Sequence record: PZ618369.1
Reading direction: 5' to 3' (one strand)
Source of the DNA: a phage
Length of the DNA: 39,474 nt
Both the position numbers and the translations under genes were made by a program. This document shows, piece by piece, positions 17,134 to 24,382 of this stretch. A model generated the notes under the pieces. It saw nothing but the letters and a program-made list of their open reading frames with translations. It made no database searches and had not been told where the DNA came from. The first letter of the stretch is position 1, and every line of letters begins with the position of its first letter.

Positions 17134-17408
17134 ATCAAGACGTATCAGGACGCGAACTTAAGGTAGGACAGAAGGTTGCTTTCTGTCTGGCTGGAAAATC
17201 CTACGCAATGTGTATAGGAGAAGTCGTCAGGGTAATGCCTAAGACGGTATCCATCAAGCATAAGACATTTATTCGCTGGAAAGGAGCTGCCGAGGAAGTC
17301 GAGACGGTGCGTGCATTCTCTTCAGTGTGTATCGTTGAGGAGCCGAAAGTTTCCTTGATGCCAGCTACAGTCGCTATGGCTACAGGAGGTCTGGACGATG
17401 GGTGCTGA
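17130..17408 (+). CDS. hypothetical protein (92 aa) at the gene 5.9 position
   Basis: ATG overlaps gene 5.7 stop; GGAGG RBS; no similarity to recalled T7 gp5.9. Confidence 0.5.
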   Translation: MNQDVSGRELKVGQKVAFCLAGKSYAMCIGEVVRVMPKTVSIKHKTFIRWKGAAEEVETVRAFSSVCIVEEPKVSLMPATVAMATGGLDDGC

Positions 17409-18270
17409 GAAGAAGAAGATAGCTCTTGTTCTTGATGGTGACTATCTGGTCTTCTCTTCTATGGCTGCTGCCGAGGACGAGACAGATTGGGGCGATGACA
17501 TCTGGACCCTTATCTGCGACCACGAGAAGGCTCGCCGTATACTTGAGAACACCATCGCTGAAATCGTTAAGAAGCGCAAGGCGTGGAAAGACGCTAAGAT
17601 TGTGATGTGCTTTACTGACGATAATAACTGGCGTAAGGACGTGCTTCCTACCTATAAGGCCAACCGTAAAGGTTCTCGCAAGCCTGTAGGTTACAAGAAG
17701 TTCGTAGCCGAAGTGATGGCTGACCAACGGTTCAACAGCTTCCTTCGTCCTACGCTTGAGGGTGATGACTGTATGGGTATCATCGGGACCCGACCTCAGA
17801 TTGTCGGATGTGACCATGCGGTTCTGGTGTCCTGTGACAAGGACTTCAAGACCATCCCGAACTGTGAGTTCTTCTGGTTAACAACTGGTGAAATCCTGAG
17901 TCATACGACTGCCGAGGCAGACTACTGGCACATGGAGCAGACCATCAAGGGCGACACTACAGATGGCTACGGTGGTATTCCGGGGATGGGTGAGGACACC
18001 ACTCGTGCGTTCCTTGACGAGCCGTACTACTTCGTGCAGGAGAGCCGTGAGCTTAAGACTGGTAAGAACAAAGGCCAGATTAAGACTGAGTGGAAGAAGT
18101 ATCCTAAGCGTGAAGACATGACGCTGTGGGACTGCATGGTGACTCTGGCTGCTAAAGCTGGGATGACCGAGGAGGAACTTCTGGTCCAAGCTCAGGTAGC
18201 TCGTATTTGTCGAGCATCTGACTATGACCCTAAGTCCAAGGAGGTCATCCTGTGGACACCATCCATGTAA
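17398..18270 (+). CDS. 6: 5'-3' exonuclease (290 aa)
   Basis: CDKDFKTIPNC and TIKGDTTDGYGGIPG match recalled T7 gp6. Confidence 0.93.
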   Translation: MGAEKKKIALVLDGDYLVFSSMAAAEDETDWGDDIWTLICDHEKARRILENTIAEIVKKRKAWKDAKIVMCFTDDNNWRKDVLPTYKANRKGSRKPVGYKKFVAEVMADQRFNSFLRPTLEGDDCMGIIGTRPQIVGCDHAVLVSCDKDFKTIPNCEFFWLTTGEILSHTTAEADYWHMEQTIKGDTTDGYGGIPGMGEDTTRAFLDEPYYFVQESRELKTGKNKGQIKTEWKKYPKREDMTLWDCMVTLAAKAGMTEEELLVQAQVARICRASDYDPKSKEVILWTPSM

Positions 18271-18398
18271 TTTACTGGGTCGGACTTCTGGCCCTTTACT
18301 GCATGTACAAGTGGTTTGGGTCAAACAACCGTCCTAAACACTGAGTCTAACCGATAGTCATATCCTATCAATCCAACAGTCATCCATAGGTGAAACAC

Positions 18399-18418
18399 TA
18401 AACTATCACTATAGGGAC
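18399..18418 (+). promoter_or_regulatory. phage RNAP promoter (phi6.5-type), TAAACTATCACTATAGGGA
   Basis: consensus match, +1 G near 18414. Confidence 0.8.
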
Positions 18419-18480
18419 TTTAGGACCTAAGATATGACTATAAGATAGACTTTAGTCTTAACTTAAAGAGGAGATTCAAG

Positions 18481-18753
18481 ATGGCGATTAATGCTATTGA
18501 AAACGTTGTTAAGCAGTTACAGGAAGAAAGGCTTGATGTCCCGAACATCTCCCAGTCTGCCATCCAGTTCCTGCACGTATTGTTCAACGCAAGCTACGCT
18601 GAGAAGATGGGAGCTATTAGTCTCCTCAAGCAGCAGGGCTACAGCGATGCGTTCATTGCTGGATTCATCAAGGGTCTCCAGTATTGCTCTGACACTCTCG
18701 ACGCTGCGATTGCTATGCGTCGTGAGCTGAAAGATACCGTTCAGTTTGATTAA
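18481..18753 (+). CDS. hypothetical protein at gene 6.5 position (90 aa)
   Basis: ORF track; synteny only. Confidence 0.6.
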   Translation: MAINAIENVVKQLQEERLDVPNISQSAIQFLHVLFNASYAEKMGAISLLKQQGYSDAFIAGFIKGLQYCSDTLDAAIAMRRELKDTVQFD

Positions 18754-18767
18754 CTGTAGGAGGGACT

Positions 18768-18992
18768 ATGTGTTTCAGTCCAAAGATTAGCACTCCGAAG
18801 CCTTCGGTCCAAGCGCCTGAACCAGCACCTCTGAGTGAGGAAGTTGCGTCAGTTGACATCGGGGCTGAATCGGATGTGGATACCAACGAGACCAAAGGTA
18901 TCAAAGACCTGAAGGTCAAGAAGGAGTCTGCACCTAAAGACAAATCGTCAGTAAGTCGCGCGATGCGTAACTCTGGCGTCAACATGGGGTAA
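18768..18992 (+). CDS. 6.7: gp6.7-like virion protein
   Basis: N-terminal MCFSPKISTPKP matches recalled T7 gp6.7 MCFSPKIKTPK. Confidence 0.8.
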   Translation: MCFSPKISTPKPSVQAPEPAPLSEEVASVDIGAESDVDTNETKGIKDLKVKKESAPKDKSSVSRAMRNSGVNMG

Positions 18993-18996
18993 GACA

Positions 18997-19401
18997 ATGC
19001 TGCCATATCTAAACTCACGCGAAGGTCGCCACATGTGCGCTTGTCGCCTCTGGGAAGACGGTCAGTCTAACTTCAAGTCATTCGAGGACTTCAAGGCTCA
19101 TACTTACCGTATGGCTGACGAGTTCGATGGTGAAGAGTACACAATCTACGATGTCTCAGGTCAACCAGTAGCGTACATCTACATGCTGGCTACCGCATCT
19201 TGGCACCGACCGACTCCCGGTCTTGACCTTTCAATCGTCGCCATTCGTCGTGACTCGCAGTCCTCCCGCAAGGTTCTTGAGACTGTCAGGCACATCGTAA
19301 ACGAAGAGTGCAAGCGTTGGGGTCTTGGCTGGTATTCTCGTGTCAAGCATGTTTCTGGGTCGGTAGACATCGTAACAACTAAGGAGATTAACCGTGGGTA
19401 A
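18997..19401 (+). CDS. hypothetical protein at gene 7 position (134 aa)
   Basis: ORF track; synteny only. Confidence 0.5.
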   Translation: MLPYLNSREGRHMCACRLWEDGQSNFKSFEDFKAHTYRMADEFDGEEYTIYDVSGQPVAYIYMLATASWHRPTPGLDLSIVAIRRDSQSSRKVLETVRHIVNEECKRWGLGWYSRVKHVSGSVDIVTTKEINRG

Positions 19402-19642
19402 ATCAATCAGTAAGGCTTTCAAGAAAGTAGTAAAAGGTGCGTTAGGGACAGTTGGTCTTGGAGCTAAGGAAGCACCTAAGGTTGTTGAGGCTCAGACCCC
19501 AGCAGCGCCAGTGGAAGTCCCGAACGACAAAGTGGAAGATGTGGATACTGAAGTGACCGCATCCGACGAGAAGAAAGTGAAGCGTTCCGGTAAGCGTAGC
19601 CTTCAGGTCTCTCGCACCTCTGGTGGCGGTATTTCTATTTAA
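19394..19642 (+). CDS. 7.3: gp7.3-like tail/host-range protein
   Basis: MGKSISKAFKKVVKG... and C-terminal SGKRSLQVSRTSGGGISI match recalled T7 gp7.3. Confidence 0.8.
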   Translation: MGKSISKAFKKVVKGALGTVGLGAKEAPKVVEAQTPAAPVEVPNDKVEDVDTEVTASDEKKVKRSGKRSLQVSRTSGGGISI

Positions 19643-19653
19643 GGAGGTGACGA

Positions 19654-21222
19654 ATGGCTGAACGTGAAGGGTTCGCTGCTGAAGGAGCCAAAGCGGTCTA
19701 TGACCGACTGAAGAACGGTAGACAGCCATATGAGACACGCGCTCAGAACTGTGCTGCTGTCACTATCCCGTCACTGTTTCCTAAGGAGTCCGACAACTCG
19801 TCCACTGAGTACACAACTCCGTGGCAAGCTGTGGGCGCTCGCTGCTTGAACAACTTGGCTGCAAAGCTGATGTTGGCATTATTCCCTCAGTCACCGTGGA
19901 TGCGACTGACAGTATCCGAATATGAGGCCAAGACCTTGAGTCAGGACTCAGAGGCGGCTGCTCGTGTTGACGAAGGGCTGGCTATGGTCGAGCGTGTGTT
20001 GATGGCCTACATGGAGACTAACAGTTTCCGAGTCCCATTGTTCGAGGCGCTGAAGCAGCTTATCGTCTCAGGTAACTGCCTGCTCTACATCCCTCCACCA
20101 GAACAAGGAACATACAGTCCTATGCGAATGTACCGCTTAGTGTCATACGTTGTTCAACGTGATGCTTTCGGTAACATCTTACAGATTGTGACTCTCGACA
20201 AGGTAGCGTTTAGTGCTCTACCGGAAGACGTGAAGTCTCAACTAAACGCAGACGACTATGAGCCTGACACAGAGCTGGAAGTGTATACGCACATTTACCG
20301 TCAGGACGACGAGTATCTGCGCTACGAGGAAGTGGAAGGTATTGAGGTAGCAGGGACCGAGGGTTCTTACCCACTGACTGCATGTCCGTACATCCCAGTA
20401 CGAATGGTTCGACTGGATGGTGAAGACTATGGTCGTTCTTACTGCGAGGAGTATCTGGGAGACCTGAACTCGCTGGAGACGATTACAGAAGCTATCACCA
20501 AAATGGCTAAGGTAGCCTCCAAGGTGGTGGGCCTCGTTAACCCGAACGGTATCACGCAACCTCGTCGTCTGAATAAGGCGGCTACAGGTGAGTTCGTGGC
20601 TGGTCGAGTTGAGGACATCAACTTCCTGCAACTGACGAAGGGTCAGGACTTTACGATTGCCAAGTCGGTGGCTGACGCTATCGAGCAACGTTTAGGCTGG
20701 GCCTTCCTTCTTAATAGTGCTGTTCAGCGTAATGCCGAGCGTGTCACTGCTGAAGAGATTCGTTATGTTGCTGGCGAACTGGAGGCGACCTTAGGTGGCG
20801 TGTACTCGGTACAGTCACAAGAGCTTCAGTTGCCTATAGTCCGTGTGCTGATGAACCAGCTTCAGTCTGCTGGCATGATTCCAGACCTTCCGAAAGAAGC
20901 GGTAGAGCCTACGGTATCCACTGGTCTGGAAGCGTTAGGTCGTGGTCAGGACTTGGAGAAGCTAACTCAGGCGGTTAACATGATGACTGGTCTTCAGCCG
21001 CTATCTCAGGACCCTGACATCAACTTGCCGACCCTTAAGCTGCGACTCCTGAACGCTCTGGGTATCGACACAGCTGGCCTACTCCTTACGCAAGACGAGA
21101 AGATTCAGCGCATGGCTGAGCAGTCGTCTCAACAGGCAGTTGTCCAAGGTGCTAGTGCTGCTGGTGCCAACATGGGTGCTGCTGTAGGTCAGGGAGCTGG
21201 TGAGGACATGGCTCAAGCCTAA
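19654..21222 (+). CDS. 8: portal (head-to-tail connector) protein
   Basis: RLKNGRQPYETRAQNCA, YRLVSYVVQRDAFGN and VRMVRLDGEDYGRSY match recalled T7 gp8. Confidence 0.97.
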   Translation: MAEREGFAAEGAKAVYDRLKNGRQPYETRAQNCAAVTIPSLFPKESDNSSTEYTTPWQAVGARCLNNLAAKLMLALFPQSPWMRLTVSEYEAKTLSQDSEAAARVDEGLAMVERVLMAYMETNSFRVPLFEALKQLIVSGNCLLYIPPPEQGTYSPMRMYRLVSYVVQRDAFGNILQIVTLDKVAFSALPEDVKSQLNADDYEPDTELEVYTHIYRQDDEYLRYEEVEGIEVAGTEGSYPLTACPYIPVRMVRLDGEDYGRSYCEEYLGDLNSLETITEAITKMAKVASKVVGLVNPNGITQPRRLNKAATGEFVAGRVEDINFLQLTKGQDFTIAKSVADAIEQRLGWAFLLNSAVQRNAERVTAEEIRYVAGELEATLGGVYSVQSQELQLPIVRVLMNQLQSAGMIPDLPKEAVEPTVSTGLEALGRGQDLEKLTQAVNMMTGLQPLSQDPDINLPTLKLRLLNALGIDTAGLLLTQDEKIQRMAEQSSQQAVVQGASAAGANMGAAVGQGAGEDMAQA

Positions 21223-21238
21223 ACTATCACTATAGGAA
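21219..21238 (+). promoter_or_regulatory. phage RNAP promoter (phi9-type), TAAACTATCACTATAGGA
   Basis: consensus match; followed by a 12-bp-stem hairpin (AACAACACAACC ... GGTTGTTGTGTT) in the leader. Confidence 0.75.
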
Positions 21239-21330
21239 CAACACAACTTGAGTGAGTGAACGCATAGCCAGCCGTAATGGGAGGGCAGGTTGTTGTGTTT
21301 CCCTATTAACTACCAAAGGAGAATGACTCA

Positions 21331-22215
21331 ATGTCTCAATCAGTTTATGCCGAGTTCGGCGTTAGCTCTAATGCAATCACTGGTTCCGTTGAGGACCTGA
21401 ACGAACACCAGAAGTCTATGCTTGAACAGGACGTAGCTGTTCGTGATGGCGACGACGCTATTACCTTCAAGCAACTGGAAGCCGAAAACGAAGAGGCGAC
21501 CGAAGAAGACGAGAACGTCGAAGAGACTGAAGGTGAAGAAGACCACGAGTCAGATGACGAAGAGTCTGAGACAGATGGTGAGCAGCCTGAGTTCATCGAA
21601 CTAGGTGATGCACCAAAAGAGCTGACTGAAAGTGTCACCGCTCTGGATGAAAACGAAGCTGCATTCGACGACATGGTGTCTTCTGCTGTAGAAGCTGGCA
21701 AGGTCACTGCTGATGAAATTACCGCTATCAAGGCTGAATACGCCAAGGACGGTAAGCTGTCTGACGCATCCTACGCTAAGTTGCAGGAAGCAGGCTACAC
21801 CAAGCGTTTCGTAGATTCGTTTGTCCGTGGTCAGGAAGCTCTTGCTGAACAGTATGCTGCTGGTGTGGTTCGCTACGCTGGTGGTGCTGAACAGTTTAAC
21901 CGCATCCTGTCACACCTTGAGTCCAACGACCCGTCAACTCGTGAAGCACTGGAAGCTGCTATCGTTCGTAAGGACATTGCTACTACCAAAGCTCTGCTGA
22001 ATCTGGCTGGCAAGACTCTGGGTAAAGCTGTTGGTGTTAAACCTCAGCGTACCATCACCACTCAGGCTAAACCTGTGGTCACACCTAAGGCTCCTCAGGC
22101 CGAAGCATTCAGCTCTAAGGCTGACATGATTAAGGCTATGAGTGACCCGCGATACCTGCGCGACACTAAATACACGATGGAAGTTCGCGCTAAGGTAGCT
22201 GCCTCAAGCCTGTAG
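21331..22215 (+). CDS. 9: capsid assembly (scaffolding) protein
   Basis: very acidic 294-aa protein immediately upstream of the major capsid gene. Confidence 0.9.
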   Translation: MSQSVYAEFGVSSNAITGSVEDLNEHQKSMLEQDVAVRDGDDAITFKQLEAENEEATEEDENVEETEGEEDHESDDEESETDGEQPEFIELGDAPKELTESVTALDENEAAFDDMVSSAVEAGKVTADEITAIKAEYAKDGKLSDASYAKLQEAGYTKRFVDSFVRGQEALAEQYAAGVVRYAGGAEQFNRILSHLESNDPSTREALEAAIVRKDIATTKALLNLAGKTLGKAVGVKPQRTITTQAKPVVTPKAPQAEAFSSKADMIKAMSDPRYLRDTKYTMEVRAKVAASSL

Positions 22216-22218
22216 GAC

Positions 22219-22240
22219 TAAACTATCACTATAGGGAGAC
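22219..22240 (+). promoter_or_regulatory. phage RNAP promoter (phi10-type), full consensus TAAACTATCACTATAGGGAGA
   Basis: only copy with the full GGGAGA start; transcript begins GGGAGACC...GGTTTCCC, which can form a 5' hairpin as in T7 phi10. Confidence 0.85.
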
Positions 22241-22341
22241 CAAGAGACAGACTCAAGGTTTCCCTATTACTTCAGTCCATACGGATTGGGCATACAGTAA
22301 GTAATAAACTTTATCTTTCAATTGAATAGGAGAATTATCAT

Positions 22342-23385
22342 ATGGCAAACGTTCCGGGTCAGAAAATTGGTACAGACCAAGGTAAAGGCAAATCCAGCTC
22401 CGACGCTCTTGCGTTGTTCCTGAAGGTATTTGCTGGTGAAGTCCTGACCGCATTCACTCGCCGCTCTGTAACTGCTGACAAGCATATTGTCCGTACCATT
22501 CAGAACGGTAAGTCTGCTCAGTTCCCGGTCATGGGTCGCACCTCCGGTGTGTATCTGGCTCCGGGTGAGCGACTGTCCGATAAACGTAAAGGTATCAAAC
22601 ATACCGAGAAAGTGATTACCATTGATGGTCTGCTGACTGCCGATGTGATGATTTTCGACATTGAAGACGCGATGAACCACTATGACGTGGCTGGTGAGTA
22701 TTCCAACCAGTTGGGTGAAGCTCTGGCTATCGCTGCCGATGGTGCGGTTCTGGCTGAAATGGCTATCCTGTGTAACCTCCCATCCGCATCCAACGAGAAC
22801 ATCGCGGGTCTGGGTACCGCGTCCGTACTGGAAGTTGGTAAGAAAGCTGACCTCGACACACCAGCTAAACTGGGTGAGGCAATCATCGGTCAACTGACCA
22901 TTGCTCGTGCGAAGCTGACCTCCAACTACGTTCCTGCTGGCGACCGTTACTTCTACACCACGCCGGACAACTACTCTGCAATCCTCGCGGCTCTGATGCC
23001 GAACGCTGCTAACTATGCTGCGCTGATTGACCCAGAGACTGGTAACATCCGTAACGTTATGGGCTTCGTTGTTGTTGAAGTTCCGCATCTGGTTCAGGGC
23101 GGTGCTGGTGAGACTCGTGGTGAAGATGGTATCTCTATCGCTTCCGGTCAGAAACACGCATTCCCGGCGACTGCTGCTGGCGACGTTAAAGTTGCTATGG
23201 ATAACGTTGTGGGTCTGTTCTCTCACCGTTCTGCTGTGGGTACTGTGAAGCTGCGTGATTTGGCGCTGGAACGTGACCGTGACGTCGATGCTCAGGGTGA
23301 CCTGATTGTTGGTAAGTACGCTATGGGTCACGGTGGTCTTCGTCCTGAAGCGGCTGGCGCACTGGTTTTCAGCTCAGCGGCGTAA
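22342..23385 (+). CDS. 10A: major capsid protein 10A (347 aa)
   Basis: GKSAQFPVMGRT, KHTEKVITIDGLLTADVMIFDIEDAMNHYDV and AMGHGGLRPEAAGA match recalled T7 gp10A. Confidence 0.97.
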   Translation: MANVPGQKIGTDQGKGKSSSDALALFLKVFAGEVLTAFTRRSVTADKHIVRTIQNGKSAQFPVMGRTSGVYLAPGERLSDKRKGIKHTEKVITIDGLLTADVMIFDIEDAMNHYDVAGEYSNQLGEALAIAADGAVLAEMAILCNLPSASNENIAGLGTASVLEVGKKADLDTPAKLGEAIIGQLTIARAKLTSNYVPAGDRYFYTTPDNYSAILAALMPNAANYAALIDPETGNIRNVMGFVVVEVPHLVQGGAGETRGEDGISIASGQKHAFPATAAGDVKVAMDNVVGLFSHRSAVGTVKLRDLALERDRDVDAQGDLIVGKYAMGHGGLRPEAAGALVFSSAA

Positions 23386-23516
23386 GCACCTTTAGCCAAC
23401 CTAACGTCGCTACAGTAGCGGCTGCACCTGAAGAGGAGACTCTAACTCCTCAACAGAAAGCTGCGCGTACTCGTGCTGCGAACAGGGCCGCTAAACTGGC
23501 TGAGTCAAACAACTAA
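22342..23516 (+). CDS. 10B: minor capsid protein 10B by programmed -1 frameshift (predicted)
   Basis: heptamer GGTTTTC at 23364-23370 as in T7 gene 10 as recalled; the -1 frame is open for 48 codons to TAA at 23514-23516 (translated by hand, no stops). Confidence 0.6.
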
Positions 23517-23520
23517 TTGA

Positions 23521-23558
23521 AACCCCTTGGGTGCCTTCGGGTGCTTGAGGGGTTTTTT
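23521..23558 (+). terminator. intrinsic terminator (T-phi equivalent)
   Basis: CCCCTTGGGTGCC-TTCG-GGTGCTTGAGGGG followed by TTTTTT; a 13-bp stem with several G-U pairs and a UUCG loop. Confidence 0.8.
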
Positions 23559-23579
23559 GCTTAAAGTGAGAGGAGACTT

Positions 23580-24146
23580 ATGGCTCAATACATTCCACTG
23601 AATGCTAACGATGACTTAGATGCCATCAACGATATGTTAGCCGCTATCGGTGAACCAGCAGTCCTACAGCTTGACGAGGGGAACGCTGACGTCTCGAACG
23701 CTCTACGTATCCTGCATCGCGTCAATCGTCAGGTCCAAGCTAAAGGCTGGAACTTTAACATCAACGAAGCAGCTGTCCTGACACCTGACATCCAAGACAA
23801 TAGGATTCGATTCTTGCCGTCATACCTTCGTGTAATGACCGCTGGGGCCACCAGCTACTACAGCAACATGGGTGGGTACCTGTACGACCTGTCCACCCAG
23901 TCAACCACTTTCACCGACCCTATCACGGTAGAGCTTGTGGAGATGAAGCCATTCTCCGAGATGCCTGTGGTCTTCAGGGACTACATCGTAACTAAAGCTA
24001 GCCGTGAGTTCAACGCTAAGTTCTTCGGTAGCCCAGAGTCAGAGCTATACCTTCGTGAGCAGGAAGCAGAACTCTATCAGCAGGTTATGGAGTACGAGAT
24101 GGACACTGGTCGCTACAACATGATGTCTGACATCGGGAGGGACTAA
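23580..24146 (+). CDS. 11: tail tubular protein A
   Basis: synteny and size (188 aa); first gene after the terminator. Confidence 0.85.
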   Translation: MAQYIPLNANDDLDAINDMLAAIGEPAVLQLDEGNADVSNALRILHRVNRQVQAKGWNFNINEAAVLTPDIQDNRIRFLPSYLRVMTAGATSYYSNMGGYLYDLSTQSTTFTDPITVELVEMKPFSEMPVVFRDYIVTKASREFNAKFFGSPESELYLREQEAELYQQVMEYEMDTGRYNMMSDIGRD

Positions 24147-24373
24147 TGGCTAGTCACAACCTGAAGATTCACCGCCAGCACTTTGGTCCGGTACAGCTAG
24201 GTCTAAAGACAGCAGAGCTGAGACTTAACGACCGGGACTTTAAGGTTGGCGATTGGCTTATCCTGAATGAATGGGACAACGGGTATACTGGACAACAGGT
24301 AGCACGTAAGGTTGTCCACATTGCTGACGTTGGTGACATCGCTGAGGGATACGTTCTAATGAGTATGATTTAA
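24146..24373 (+). CDS. ASCH/PUA-like (DUF3850-like) small protein (75 aa) inserted between genes 11 and 12
   Basis: HNLKIHRQHFGPVQLGLKTAELRLNDRDFKVGDWLILNEWD...YTG fits my recollection of the DUF3850 signature; ATG overlaps the gene 11 stop. Confidence 0.55.
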   Translation: MASHNLKIHRQHFGPVQLGLKTAELRLNDRDFKVGDWLILNEWDNGYTGQQVARKVVHIADVGDIAEGYVLMSMI

Positions 24374-24382
24374 GGAGGGCCT

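Noticed and set aside
22318-23331. 337-aa minus-strand ORF antisense to the major capsid gene
   Set aside because: It lies entirely within and opposite gene 10A, has no promoter or RBS, and all recognisable genes of this genome are on the + strand; a long antisense open frame is an expected by-product of the strong codon bias of a highly expressed gene.
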